Shown here: piece after piece, positions 18,665 to 27,917 of the stretch | Position numbering within the stretch: the stretch's first letter is position 1 | Layout: every line of letters begins with the position of its first letter | From: Actinomycetota bacterium | Lineage (GTDB): Bacteria > Actinomycetota > Acidimicrobiia > Acidimicrobiales > Ilumatobacteraceae | Length of the DNA stretch: 64,000 nt | NCBI GenBank assembly: GCA_037140375.1 | Contig: JBAXER010000006.1 | Coordinates: 975 to 64,974, forward strand | Reading direction: 5' to 3' | Position numbers and translations under genes: made by a program | The notes under the pieces: generated by a model | What the model was told of the DNA's origin: nothing | What the model saw: only the letters and a program-made list of their open reading frames with translations | Database searches by the model: none

Positions 18665-20455
18665 GTGGGCGTCACCCCAATAGTTGCCGAACCTCGTGAC
18701 CTCGACGCCGAGCAGCAGCGCGACATTGTTCGGTTTGAACAAGCCGTTACGCAGTACCTCGCTGGTGAGATTGGCGAAGACGTCTTTCGAGTGATGCGTC
18801 TCAACAATGGCGTCTACGGCCAGCGTCAAGGCGGCACCAATCAGATGGTGCGCATCAAGTTGCCCGCAGGCACTATTACGCCTGAGCAGATGGACATGAT
18901 GGGCTACCTCGCCGAGAACTTCTCGCGCGGCTGGGGTCACATCACCACCCGCCAAAACGTGCAGGTCCACTTCGTTGAGCTCACTCGGGTTCCCGAACTC
19001 ATGCGTCAACTCGCAACGGTCGGGCTCACCAGTCGCGAGGCGTGTGGCGACACCGTGCGCAACGTGATGGCGTGCCATCTCGCTGGTGCGTGCCCTCACG
19101 AACACCTCGACGTCACCGCTTGGGCCGATGCAACGTTCCGCCACTTCGTTCGCAACCCACTGGGTCAGCGTCTGCCGCGCAAGTTCAAAGTGAACTTCTC
19201 CGGCTGCAGCACCGACTGCGGTCAGGCGATGTTTAACGATGTTGGTGTCATCGCCACCACTCGCACCCTCGACAACGGCGACACCGAAGCGGGCTTCCGC
19301 ATCTATATCGCTGGTGGCCTCGGCGCAACGCCGCATCCAGCGTTGGCCCTCGAAGACTTCACCACCCGCGAAGATTTGCTACCAACCATCGAAGCCGCAC
19401 TTCGCGTGTTCGAGCAGACCGGTAACCGCGACAACAAGCTGCGCGCCCGAATGAAGTGGGTCGTCGATCAACTCGGCATCGACGAGGTCCGTCGCCGGGT
19501 CATCAAGATTCGTCACACGCTGCCGGCGTCGTCGTCGTGGCCGGGCGGCATCCCCGCCGAAGTCACCATCGCCGGCGACAAGCCTGCTGGACGATCAACC
19601 ACTGTCGAAGCCACCGCAGTTGGGCAGGGCGTCAATGTCACGCTCACGCCTCGCGACCCGTATAGCCGTTGGGTTGCTACCAGCGTCATCCGCGGCACTG
19701 CCAACGGCACGGTGTCGGCGGTTGCCTACGCAGCGCTTGGCGATCTCACCGCCGCGCAGTTCCGTTCGCTCGCTTCGATCCAGCGCGAGCTCGCCGCCGA
19801 CGTGCGTTTGAGTAACCGTCAAAACGTTGTGTTCCGCGGCCTCACCGAAGAGCAACTTCCGGTTCTGTATGCCCGCCTCGAGGCCATCGACATGGCTCGA
19901 CCCGGTGCCGAATTGGCACGCGATGTCGTGGCGTGCCCCGGCGCCGATACATGCAACATTGCTGTCACTCAGTCACGTGGTTTGGCCAAGGCCATTGGCG
20001 ATCGTCTCGAAGAAGAGGGTCTCGCCGAAGTCGGTGGCATTCGCATCAACATCTCTGGTTGCACGAACAGCTGCGGTCAGCATCACGCATCAGACATCGG
20101 ATTCTTCGGTGCCGAGCGTCGTGCGCATGGCAAGGCTGCCCCTGGCTATCAGATGTTGCTCGGCGGCTACGTGGGCGAAGAGAGCATTCACTTCGGCGAG
20201 AAGGCGTTGCGTCTGCCTGCCAAGGCTGCTCCCGAAGCCGCAGCGCGTGTTGTGCGTCGATTCGCCGAAGAGCGCGAAGCCGGCGAACGTTTCCGCACAT
20301 GGATGGATCGTGTCGGGGGCGCTTCGGCTGTAGCCGACACGCTCAAAGATCTCGACTTCTTCCCATCGCCCGAAGAAGCTCCCGAGTTCTATGCCGACTA
20401 CGACGAGACGGGGCCATTCGTTGCCGACGTCGGCGAGTCAGAGTGCGCAGTCTGA
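18665..20455 (+). CDS. sirA: ferredoxin-dependent sulfite (nitrite/sulfite) reductase hemoprotein
   Basis: 596 aa. The GTG start has GGAGG 6 nt upstream. Two NIR_SIR repeats are present. The siroheme/4Fe-4S Cys cluster reads CPGADTCNIA...SGCTNSCGQHH. Confidence 0.9.
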   Translation: MGVTPIVAEPRDLDAEQQRDIVRFEQAVTQYLAGEIGEDVFRVMRLNNGVYGQRQGGTNQMVRIKLPAGTITPEQMDMMGYLAENFSRGWGHITTRQNVQVHFVELTRVPELMRQLATVGLTSREACGDTVRNVMACHLAGACPHEHLDVTAWADATFRHFVRNPLGQRLPRKFKVNFSGCSTDCGQAMFNDVGVIATTRTLDNGDTEAGFRIYIAGGLGATPHPALALEDFTTREDLLPTIEAALRVFEQTGNRDNKLRARMKWVVDQLGIDEVRRRVIKIRHTLPASSSWPGGIPAEVTIAGDKPAGRSTTVEATAVGQGVNVTLTPRDPYSRWVATSVIRGTANGTVSAVAYAALGDLTAAQFRSLASIQRELAADVRLSNRQNVVFRGLTEEQLPVLYARLEAIDMARPGAELARDVVACPGADTCNIAVTQSRGLAKAIGDRLEEEGLAEVGGIRINISGCTNSCGQHHASDIGFFGAERRAHGKAAPGYQMLLGGYVGEESIHFGEKALRLPAKAAPEAAARVVRRFAEEREAGERFRTWMDRVGGASAVADTLKDLDFFPSPEEAPEFYADYDETGPFVADVGESECAV

Positions 20456-21033
20456 GCCAGCAACTGCTCGATGCGTGCGCAGCAATCGACGCTGCCAACG
20501 CGCTGGATCCAACGTCGGTCGTTGTTCGCGGCGAATCAATAGCGCTTGCCTTGGTGCACGGTCGTCTGGCCGCCGATTGGGTGCGGCACCTCAATCCAGA
20601 TGCCGACGATGCACTTGTCATCGCCGCGCGTGCCCACCATCTGCGCCGTTGGGAAGTGCCTCGCACCACCTATCCCGAGGGCAAAGCGGGTTACCTGCGC
20701 TGGCGTAAGGATCAAAAGGCGCGACACGCTCGCGATGTAGAAGTCATCCTGAACGACGTGGGTTACGACGACGCCACCATTCAGCGGGTGCAGGTGCTGT
20801 TGCGGCGCGAGCAACTGAGAACCGACGCCGACACTCAAACGCTTGAGGATGCCGCGTGTCTCGTGTTTATCGAGACCCAGTTAGCCGAGATGGCGCCACG
20901 CTTCGATCGTGAGCATCTGCTTCAGGTGATTCGCAAGACCGCAGCGAAGATGAGCGCGGCCGGTCTGGGCGCTGTAGCGCTGCTACCCATTGGCGCTGTT
21001 GAGCACGAGTTGCTCGCAGCAGCGCTGGCGTAG
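20443..21033 (+). CDS. DUF4202 domain-containing protein
   Basis: This is the C-terminal part of track ORF 19933-21033. GTG at 20443 overlaps the sirA end by 13 nt; CTG at 20452 is an alternative start. The HHLRRWEVPRTTYPEGKAGYLRWRKDQKARHA block matches my memory of DUF4202. Confidence 0.65.
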   Translation: MRSLSQQLLDACAAIDAANALDPTSVVVRGESIALALVHGRLAADWVRHLNPDADDALVIAARAHHLRRWEVPRTTYPEGKAGYLRWRKDQKARHARDVEVILNDVGYDDATIQRVQVLLRREQLRTDADTQTLEDAACLVFIETQLAEMAPRFDREHLLQVIRKTAAKMSAAGLGAVALLPIGAVEHELLAAALA

Positions 21034-21055
21034 TTCGCTGCCGTAGCGCCGCGAA

Positions 21056-22204
21056 TTACACGTAGTGCTCTTGCAGCGGCGGGAAGCCGTTGAAGCCCAC
21101 CGAGCTGTATGTGGTGGTGTACGCGCCTGCAGACAAGATGTCGACCATGTCGCCCTCGGCGAGCGCGAGAGGTAGTTCGTAGGCGCTCTTTTCGTAGAGC
21201 ACGTCGGCCGAATCACATGTGGGGCCGGCGAGTACAACCGGGCCGCTGGTCTGACCGTCGTGAGGGGTGCGCAGCCGATAGCGAATTGCTTCGTCCATGG
21301 TCTCGGCCAGGCCGTGGAACTTGCCGCAGTCGAGATAGATCCATCGCTCGCTGTCGGCGGGGGAGCGGCGCGACACGAGCACCACTTCGCTGCGCAAGAC
21401 ACCCGCATCGGCGACCAAGTAACGGCCGGGCTCGACCATCACCTCGGTGAGGCCGAGGGGGAACCACTTGGCCAATGCGGTGCGTACTGCGGCACCATAC
21501 GCGTCGATCGTTGGGGCTGCTTCGCGGTAGGTGCCGGGGAAGCCACCGCCGAGGTTCACAAAGCTTGGGTTCGCTCCCTGATTGCGCGCCCGCTCGACAA
21601 TCTCAGCGACTACCTCAAGGGTGTCGTCCCAGGCGCCAAGTTCACGCTGCTGCGAGCCCACATGAAATGAGACGCCCGACTCGAGTCCGGCCTTGCCCGC
21701 AAGTGCGAGCACGCGAACAACGTCGGGCGCCTCTGCACCAAACTTGCGCGAGAGCGGCCAATCGGCGCCGCCGCAATCGTGGCGCAAACGCACGCACACC
21801 GAAGCGCCAGGAGCTTCGACCGCAACCTTGTCGAGCTCGGCTTCGACATCGACCGTATAGCGACTCACGCCGCACGAGTGCGCGTAAGCAATATCGCGGC
21901 GCTTCTTGATGGTGTTGCCATAGGAGATGTCGTTGGGGTTCGCCCCGGCCTCGAGGCAGCGATCGATCTCGGCCGGACTGGCGACGTCGAATGCTGAACC
22001 GAGCGCAACAAGGCGGCGAATAATCGGCAATGCAGGGTTGGCCTTGACCGCGTAATACACGCGGGCCGCAGGGATTGCTTCAACGAGTTGCACGTAACGC
22101 TCTTCGACGAGATCGACGTCGACGACAACGAACGGAGTCGGTGCGTCACTGTCGCGAAGAAACGTGTCGATCTTGGCGGAGGGAGAAGAGATCGGTGTTG
22201 TCAC
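21056..22204 (-). CDS. type III PLP-dependent decarboxylase (ornithine/lysine/DAP decarboxylase family, ODC-like)
   Basis: 382 aa. The PLP-Lys motif is YYAVKANP, the glycine-rich loop is NLGGGFPG and the active-site region is GPTCDSAD. Confidence 0.85.
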   Translation of the reverse strand: MTTPISSPSAKIDTFLRDSDAPTPFVVVDVDLVEERYVQLVEAIPAARVYYAVKANPALPIIRRLVALGSAFDVASPAEIDRCLEAGANPNDISYGNTIKKRRDIAYAHSCGVSRYTVDVEAELDKVAVEAPGASVCVRLRHDCGGADWPLSRKFGAEAPDVVRVLALAGKAGLESGVSFHVGSQQRELGAWDDTLEVVAEIVERARNQGANPSFVNLGGGFPGTYREAAPTIDAYGAAVRTALAKWFPLGLTEVMVEPGRYLVADAGVLRSEVVLVSRRSPADSERWIYLDCGKFHGLAETMDEAIRYRLRTPHDGQTSGPVVLAGPTCDSADVLYEKSAYELPLALAEGDMVDILSAGAYTTTYSSVGFNGFPPLQEHYV

Positions 22205-22314
22205 GGCGGCGACGATATAAAGCTCAACTATTCATTGCTACTACTGACTCCATCAGTCAGCGCACCTGTTGCGTCAGTCAGTAACGGCTGACCGAACAGC
22301 CTGTAACGAGGTGC

Positions 22315-22929
22315 TTAGAGGACGAGGTCGAGCAGCTTGCGAACGAAGGCTCGATCGATGCGTCCGCCGGTGAGTAGTCGCCGATACATCACGGGTCCGA
22401 CCAAGATCTCAACCATCACGTTGCGATCAACGTCGGGTGAGAGATCGCCTCGTTGCGATGCGCGCCGCAAGATGGCCTGGAGTGGCTTCTGGCGTTGCTT
22501 GATGTACTCGTCGAGCGACACGCGAACTTCGGCGTCGTAGCAGGCTGCTTCGATGAGATGGGGCAGTACATCGGAACTGCCGCTGGTCGCGAAGCGATCG
22601 ATGATCTGATCGAAATACGTCTCGAGTTCGCGGCGCAAGTTGCCGTAGTCGGGCACCTCGATTGGCTCGGTATCGGCCTGTAGTGCTTCGAGTACGAGCG
22701 CCTCTTTCGACGACCATCGCCGGTAGATGGTGGCCTTGCCGACTCCGGCTCGCGCTGCCACAGCATCGATAGATAAACCGACCACGCCGCCCTCGCGCAA
22801 GATGTCGAGCGTGGCAGTGAGGATGGCGTAATCGCACCGAGCATCGCGAGGCCGACCCGGTTTACGCGACACCGCAGTGTCGCTATTCGTAGCGAGTGGT
22901 GCGCCTTGGGCGGCCGCGGTGCGGGTCAT
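22315..22929 (-). CDS. TetR/AcrR family transcriptional regulator
   Basis: The start was set at MTRTAAAQ, 10 nt after the MFS stop. The HTH region is GLSIDAVAARAGVGKATIYRRWSSKEALV. Confidence 0.85.
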   Translation of the reverse strand: MTRTAAAQGAPLATNSDTAVSRKPGRPRDARCDYAILTATLDILREGGVVGLSIDAVAARAGVGKATIYRRWSSKEALVLEALQADTEPIEVPDYGNLRRELETYFDQIIDRFATSGSSDVLPHLIEAACYDAEVRVSLDEYIKQRQKPLQAILRRASQRGDLSPDVDRNVMVEILVGPVMYRRLLTGGRIDRAFVRKLLDLVL

Positions 22930-22939
22930 TGGAGAAGGT

Positions 22940-24556
22940 CTACTCGCCGGCAACGAGCGATGAGAGTTCGAGGGTGGCCGTATCGATTGATTCGTCGACA
23001 TGATCGTCTCCGCGTGCTGGCAGGTAGCGCCACACGACAACCGCAGCGAGCACGACCACAATCGAGGCGAGACGGAGACCAGAACTGAGGCCCGCCACGA
23101 AAGCGTCTTTGACGGCGATCGAAAAGCTCAGTGCCTGACCGCCGAGATCTCCGGCGGCTTTGAGCCCTCCGCCGAGCGACGAACGGGCTTCGCTGAGAGC
23201 TTGGCCGCTGAGACCAAATGTCTGAGCGATGGAATCGACGCGGTGCCCGTAGACGGATGACACGACGCTGCCAATGAAAGCGACACCGAGCGCACCACCC
23301 ATTTGGCGAGTGGTGTCGTTGACTGCTGAGCCGACGCCGGCTTTCTCGCGAGGCAGCGAGCCCATCACCGATTCGGTGGCGGGAGGCATGGTCATGCCGA
23401 CACCGGCAGACAGCAGGCAGTACGGAATGATCGCAATGAGATATGGGGTATCACGGTGCAGCAACGACAGCAGCAGTAGCGAGATGGTGACCAAGAACAG
23501 ACCGATAACGATGACCCGTTTCGAGCCCATGCGTTCGACGATGCGAGCCGACAGCGGAGCGACGATCATCATCGCAAGCGCGTAGGGAACGAGCCTGACA
23601 CCTGCTTCGAGTGGGCTATAGCCGTGCACGAACTGCCAGTACTGGGTCATCAAGAACAGCGAGCCAAACATCGCGAAGAACGTGAGCGTGACGGCGGTGT
23701 TGGCGGCGGCGAAGCGAGGGTTGCGGAAGAAGTGCATATCGAGCATGGGGTGGTCGATGCGCAACTCCCATGCAATGAACGAGGCGATCGCGAGAATGCC
23801 CACAACGAATCCGGCGATGACTTGCGAGTCGGACCAACCGCGCACGGGCACCTCGATGATTCCGTAGAGCAGCGCGCCGAGTCCGACCATTGAGAGCAAT
23901 GACCCAAGTGGGTCGAGCTTGCCCTGATTGGGATCGCGAGATGTCGTGAGCAACATGCCGCCGGCCACAAGGGCCAGCACGCCGATGGGCACGTTTACCC
24001 AAAACACCGAGCTCCACGAGAAGTGCTGTAACAACAAGCCGCCGGTGATGGGCCCGAGTGCAACCCCGATGCCGGAGAAGCCTGCCCAGATTGCGATTGC
24101 TCGGCCGCGCTCTTTGGGATCGCGAAATACATCGGTGAGAATCGACAGCGTAGAGGGCATGATCAACGCGCCGCCGATACCCATGAACGCGCGAGTGACG
24201 ATGAGTTGCGACGCTGACGTTGCCAGCGCCGAGAACACCGAACCGGCCATGAACAACACGATTCCGGCTTGCAGCGCGCCTTTGCGGCCGAATCGATCAC
24301 TGAGGCTGCCGGTGGTGAGCAGCAGGCCTGCGAACACCAACGTGTACGAGTCGATGATCCACTGCACCTGGCTGTTCGAGGCGTGTAGATCGCTGATGAG
24401 CGAGGGGATCGCCACGTTGAGGATGGTGTTGTCCATCACGATGATGGTCATGCTGAGAATCAGCACGCCGAGCACCCACCAACGCCGATCGTGGTGATCG
24501 GATTGAAGCTCGTTTGGTATAGCCGTAGCTGTTGTGGACACGTGCGCCGCTCTCAT
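22940..24556 (-). CDS. MFS transporter, DHA2 (14-TMS EmrB/QacA-like) family
   Basis: 538 aa with about 14 hydrophobic helices. Motif A is GSLSDRFGRKG. The protein is typical of drug:H+ antiporters. Confidence 0.9.
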   Translation of the reverse strand: MRAAHVSTTATAIPNELQSDHHDRRWWVLGVLILSMTIIVMDNTILNVAIPSLISDLHASNSQVQWIIDSYTLVFAGLLLTTGSLSDRFGRKGALQAGIVLFMAGSVFSALATSASQLIVTRAFMGIGGALIMPSTLSILTDVFRDPKERGRAIAIWAGFSGIGVALGPITGGLLLQHFSWSSVFWVNVPIGVLALVAGGMLLTTSRDPNQGKLDPLGSLLSMVGLGALLYGIIEVPVRGWSDSQVIAGFVVGILAIASFIAWELRIDHPMLDMHFFRNPRFAAANTAVTLTFFAMFGSLFLMTQYWQFVHGYSPLEAGVRLVPYALAMMIVAPLSARIVERMGSKRVIVIGLFLVTISLLLLSLLHRDTPYLIAIIPYCLLSAGVGMTMPPATESVMGSLPREKAGVGSAVNDTTRQMGGALGVAFIGSVVSSVYGHRVDSIAQTFGLSGQALSEARSSLGGGLKAAGDLGGQALSFSIAVKDAFVAGLSSGLRLASIVVVLAAVVVWRYLPARGDDHVDESIDTATLELSSLVAGE

Positions 24557-24569
24557 GTTGGCCGATTGG

Positions 24570-24618
24570 CTAGATGATTACGAAACTAGACCGTTCAGTA
24601 TCGTAATAGGCGATCTAG
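24570..24618. promoter_or_regulatory. AT-rich imperfect palindrome upstream of the MFS-TetR operon (candidate TetR operator/promoter)
   Basis: The sequence reads ctagat-g-attacga ... tcgtaat-aggcg-atctag. The outer 6-bp arms and inner 7-bp arms are perfectly complementary. It lies 14-62 nt upstream of the MFS start at 24556, in the lowest-GC stretch of this area. Confidence 0.4.
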
Positions 24619-24639
24619 ATGTGTGACACATTGCACTCG

Positions 24640-25494
24640 TTAGTGCGAACGGCGCATCCTGATGTGAGCTCCAGGTCGAGCCTGCGCCAAGGCGTCGAGC
24701 GCGGCTTGATCGACGATGCCAAGCACGGGGTATCCGCCGGTGACGCCGCAGTCGGGACCGAGCACCACTGGTAGACCGTTGCCAGGCAACTGCACGCAAC
24801 CAGCGATCACAGGAAAGCTTGCGAGGTCCGACGACGGCGCAGGCAGCGCTGGCCCGGCAAGTCGAAAGCCGATGCGGTCGCTGCGTGCATCGAGTTGCCA
24901 CACGGTGTGCATCAGCGTCTTCCACCCGTCGGCATCGAGCGCATCGTCGTGTGGCCCCGTTGCCAGCGTGATGACGATCTCGTCTGTTGGAGGCCGCACA
25001 GCAACAACGTCGAACCACGCGGGTTCTGTTGCGAGGCTGTCGATGCTCAGCGTGCCGCCAACAGCGAGTGGCTCGGGCCCAATGCCGCCCAAGGTGTCGC
25101 GTGAGCGACTGCCAAACACGGTTGGTGCCTCGATGCCGCCGCGAAATGCCAGATACACGCGCATTCCTGAAGTCGCCCGTGAGAGGGAGATCTCATCGCC
25201 CGCCACGACATCGATTGCGTGGTTCTGCCCGTGTGGTTCGCCATTGATGCGCACATCGACAGGTGCCCCGGTGACAGCGAGCGTGCACGATCGTTCAGCG
25301 CGCAACCTCAGGCCACCCAGAAGCACTTCGATACCGGCGGCGTTGGGGCTATTGCCACACAGTCGTTGAGCGAGAGCGTGCGAGCCGAGATCGGCAGCGC
25401 CGGATCGCGCAACGCCCTGTGCCGCGAACGCCGAGCGCCCAAGGTCTTGAATGAGCGACAAATTTCCGGGGTCGAGAACAACAAGATGGCTCAC
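24640..25494 (-). CDS. pxpC: 5-oxoprolinase subunit C / biotin-dependent carboxyltransferase family protein (KipA, allophanate hydrolase subunit 2-like)
   Basis: 284 aa. The N-terminus DPGNLSLIQDLGR and the C-terminus GGYPVLGIV are typical of the family. The GTG start overlaps the pxpB stop (25491-25494). Confidence 0.85.
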   Translation of the reverse strand: MSHLVVLDPGNLSLIQDLGRSAFAAQGVARSGAADLGSHALAQRLCGNSPNAAGIEVLLGGLRLRAERSCTLAVTGAPVDVRINGEPHGQNHAIDVVAGDEISLSRATSGMRVYLAFRGGIEAPTVFGSRSRDTLGGIGPEPLAVGGTLSIDSLATEPAWFDVVAVRPPTDEIVITLATGPHDDALDADGWKTLMHTVWQLDARSDRIGFRLAGPALPAPSSDLASFPVIAGCVQLPGNGLPVVLGPDCGVTGGYPVLGIVDQAALDALAQARPGAHIRMRRSH

Positions 25495-26129
25495 GCGCTG
25501 AGCCTCGCGAAACGAACAAAGTCACCGGGTTGCAACAGCGAAGGTTGATCGCGGGTGGGGTCGAAAAGCACTGCGTCGGTATGGCCCAACAGGTGCCACC
25601 CGCCCGGCGATGTCTGCGGGTAGATACCGGCTTGGTCGACGGCGATAGCAACCGAACCGCCGGGCACTCGTACGCGCGGTGTGTCGTGGCGGGGGAGCCA
25701 GAGGCGTTGATCAAGGCCGGACAGATATGGAAATGCGCGCGAGAAGCCGAGACAGACAACGGTGTACGTGGAAGCGCAGTGTCGAGCGATGACTTCTTCG
25801 CGTGACATCGATACTGCTGCGGCCACGTCGTCGAGATCATCACCGTTGTAGGTGACCTCGATGGTGACCTCATTGGCCACTCGCTCTGCCCCAGTGTCGA
25901 TCGGCAGCACCGAGATCGCCTCGATGAGAGCGCCCGATGACATGGTTGATTCAACAAGCACTGATCGCCAACCGGGCCTTGCCCGCGCGTCGAGTGGTGA
26001 TTCGTTGATCGCCCGACACCAGCGCGAGGCAACCTCACCGTTATCGAAATCGAGCAACACCCCTTGGTTGCCGAAGCGCCGCCAGTTCAGTGCCTCGGCA
26101 CGTGGCGACGGCACAGAAGGCAATGTCAC
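25491..26129 (-). CDS. pxpB: 5-oxoprolinase subunit B (KipI, allophanate hydrolase subunit 1-like)
   Basis: GTG at 26129 overlaps the upstream stop (GTGA at 26126-26129) and gives 212 aa. ATG at 26168 is an alternative start. Motifs include FSRAFPYLSGL and GIYPQTSPGGWHLLG. Confidence 0.8.
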   Translation of the reverse strand: MTLPSVPSPRAEALNWRRFGNQGVLLDFDNGEVASRWCRAINESPLDARARPGWRSVLVESTMSSGALIEAISVLPIDTGAERVANEVTIEVTYNGDDLDDVAAAVSMSREEVIARHCASTYTVVCLGFSRAFPYLSGLDQRLWLPRHDTPRVRVPGGSVAIAVDQAGIYPQTSPGGWHLLGHTDAVLFDPTRDQPSLLQPGDFVRFARLSA

Positions 26130-26842
26130 ATGCCTACTTCGGTAAAGAAGTCGAGCATCGCTCGCCATGAGCGTTCGTCGGTGAGCTTGTCGTACGCGAT
26201 GCCGGGGATGCCTGCGGCGCTTGCGTTGGGGTTGGTGAAGCTGTGCACCGCACCGCCATAGATGTTCATTCGCCAATCGACATTGCCCGCGCGCATCTCG
26301 GCTTCGAAGTCGGCGCGTTGCGCAGCAGGAATCATTGGGTCTTCGCTTCCGATACACACCAGAACCTTGGCGGTGATGTTCGTGGCGTCCTGTGGTCGCG
26401 CCGTGGCGAGGCCCGAATGAAATCCAACCACGGCGAGCAGGTTGGTGCCGCCGCGAGCGAGTTCGAGCGCCATCGTTCCGCCGAAGCAATAGCCGATGGA
26501 AGCGACGCGTGATGGGTCTACCTGTGGCTGGGCAAGCAACACATCGAGACCGGCACGGCCCAAGGCGCGGGTGCGTTCTGGATCGCCCATCAACGCTCCG
26601 AGACGGGCCATCATCTCGCCCCTATCGGCAAGACGCTGCCCGCCGCCGTGGTAGTCGAGAGCGAAGGCCACGTAGCCAAGGTCGGCCAAACGGTTGGCGC
26701 GGCCTTTGGCATGATCGTCAATACCGGGTCCCTCGTGGTTCACGAGAACTGCGGGGTATGTACCGGGAGCGTCAGGCACCGCAAGATGACCGATCATCGT
26801 GACGCCATCTACCGAGTAACTGATTTCTGAAGTGGTTGCCAT
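26126..26842 (-). CDS. dienelactone hydrolase family protein
   Basis: 238 aa alpha/beta hydrolase. The nucleophile region is IGYCFGG (Cys type). The C-terminus carries YGGAVHSF. Confidence 0.85.
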   Translation of the reverse strand: MATTSEISYSVDGVTMIGHLAVPDAPGTYPAVLVNHEGPGIDDHAKGRANRLADLGYVAFALDYHGGGQRLADRGEMMARLGALMGDPERTRALGRAGLDVLLAQPQVDPSRVASIGYCFGGTMALELARGGTNLLAVVGFHSGLATARPQDATNITAKVLVCIGSEDPMIPAAQRADFEAEMRAGNVDWRMNIYGGAVHSFTNPNASAAGIPGIAYDKLTDERSWRAMLDFFTEVGM

Positions 26843-26904
26843 GCGGCGACTCTAGTGATTGCGCCGGCGCACGGTGCGGCCTTGTACTGCCTTGCGCCGC
26901 TGGG

Positions 26905-27876
26905 TTAGGGGACCAACAACACGCGCCCGAACGCCTGGCGACTCTCGATGTATCGGTGAGCGGCTTCGGCCTCGGCGAGGGGAAACACGTTGTCGGTGAC
27001 AACGGTGAGTTGGCCCGCAGCAATTCGAGCGATGAGACCCTCGATCATCGTGCGGGTGCGCACTGGGTTCATTGCGAGCTCGGCACCAAGGAACACGCCG
27101 TGAATCGAACCGTTCTTCATCATGATCGGCCAGATCTCGGGGGCCTGCTCTTCGCGGCCTGCCCGACCAACCCAACTCACGCGACCTCGGTAGGCCAATG
27201 ACGCAATGCTGCCCTCGAGGGTCTTGCCGCCGACCGAATCGACCACCAAGTTCACACCCTTGCCCTCGGTGAGTCGCATCACCTGGGCGGCCACGTCGGT
27301 GTTCGCATAGTTGATGCCGTGGTCCAATCCGTATTCGCGGAGTCGATCGAGTCGGTCATCGCTGGATGCCGTTGCGATCACCATCGAAGCGCCCGCTTGC
27401 TTGGCGAGTTGAATCGCTGCGAGTCCGACGCCGCTGGCGCCAGCTTGGATGAGCACGGTCTCGCCCGCTTGGAGGCCGCCGAATTCGAAGAGGCAGTCGT
27501 GGGCCGTTCCGAACTCAATAGGGATGCCAGCTGCGTCGTGCACAGACATCGAGTCGGGCACTGCGAACGCTGATGTCTCAGGGACGCTGACCAATTCGGC
27601 GTGGCTACCGAACGCCATTGTTGCCGCAACTTTTTGGCCCACCTGCAACGTGGTCACCTTGGGGCCGGTTGCGATGACAACGCCGCCCACTTGGTAGCCA
27701 ACGATGTGTGGGTTGCTTGCCAGCGCGCCGCCCTGACGATTGAGGACATCGCCACCTTGAATGCCCACGGCACCCACCTGAATGAGCACGCTGTTGTCGC
27801 GAATTATTGGGTCGGCAACCTCTTCGTATCGAAATACTTCGGGTCCGCCGGTGGAGTAGTAAACCGCTGCCTTCAT
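26905..27876 (-). CDS. zinc-binding/NADPH:quinone oxidoreductase (MDR superfamily)
   Basis: The start is at MKAAVYY, giving 323 aa. The nucleotide-binding motif is [15 protein letters not shown]. The upstream 95 codons of the track ORF were discarded because they run through the divergent intergenic region and the 5' half of deoC (27918-28580) on the opposite strand. Confidence 0.85.
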   Translation of the reverse strand: MKAAVYYSTGGPEVFRYEEVADPIIRDNSVLIQVGAVGIQGGDVLNRQGGALASNPHIVGYQVGGVVIATGPKVTTLQVGQKVAATMAFGSHAELVSVPETSAFAVPDSMSVHDAAGIPIEFGTAHDCLFEFGGLQAGETVLIQAGASGVGLAAIQLAKQAGASMVIATASSDDRLDRLREYGLDHGINYANTDVAAQVMRLTEGKGVNLVVDSVGGKTLEGSIASLAYRGRVSWVGRAGREEQAPEIWPIMMKNGSIHGVFLGAELAMNPVRTRTMIEGLIARIAAGQLTVVTDNVFPLAEAEAAHRYIESRQAFGRVLLVP

Positions 27877-27917
27877 GCTCGGCACACTACGTGTTTTGCT
27901 GCGCCTACGATGAGCCG

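Noticed and set aside
19933-20442. First 170 codons of the 366-aa ORF overlapping sirA
   Set aside because: It is an alternative frame inside the sulfite reductase gene and is extremely Arg-rich. Only the part after the sirA stop resembles DUF4202.
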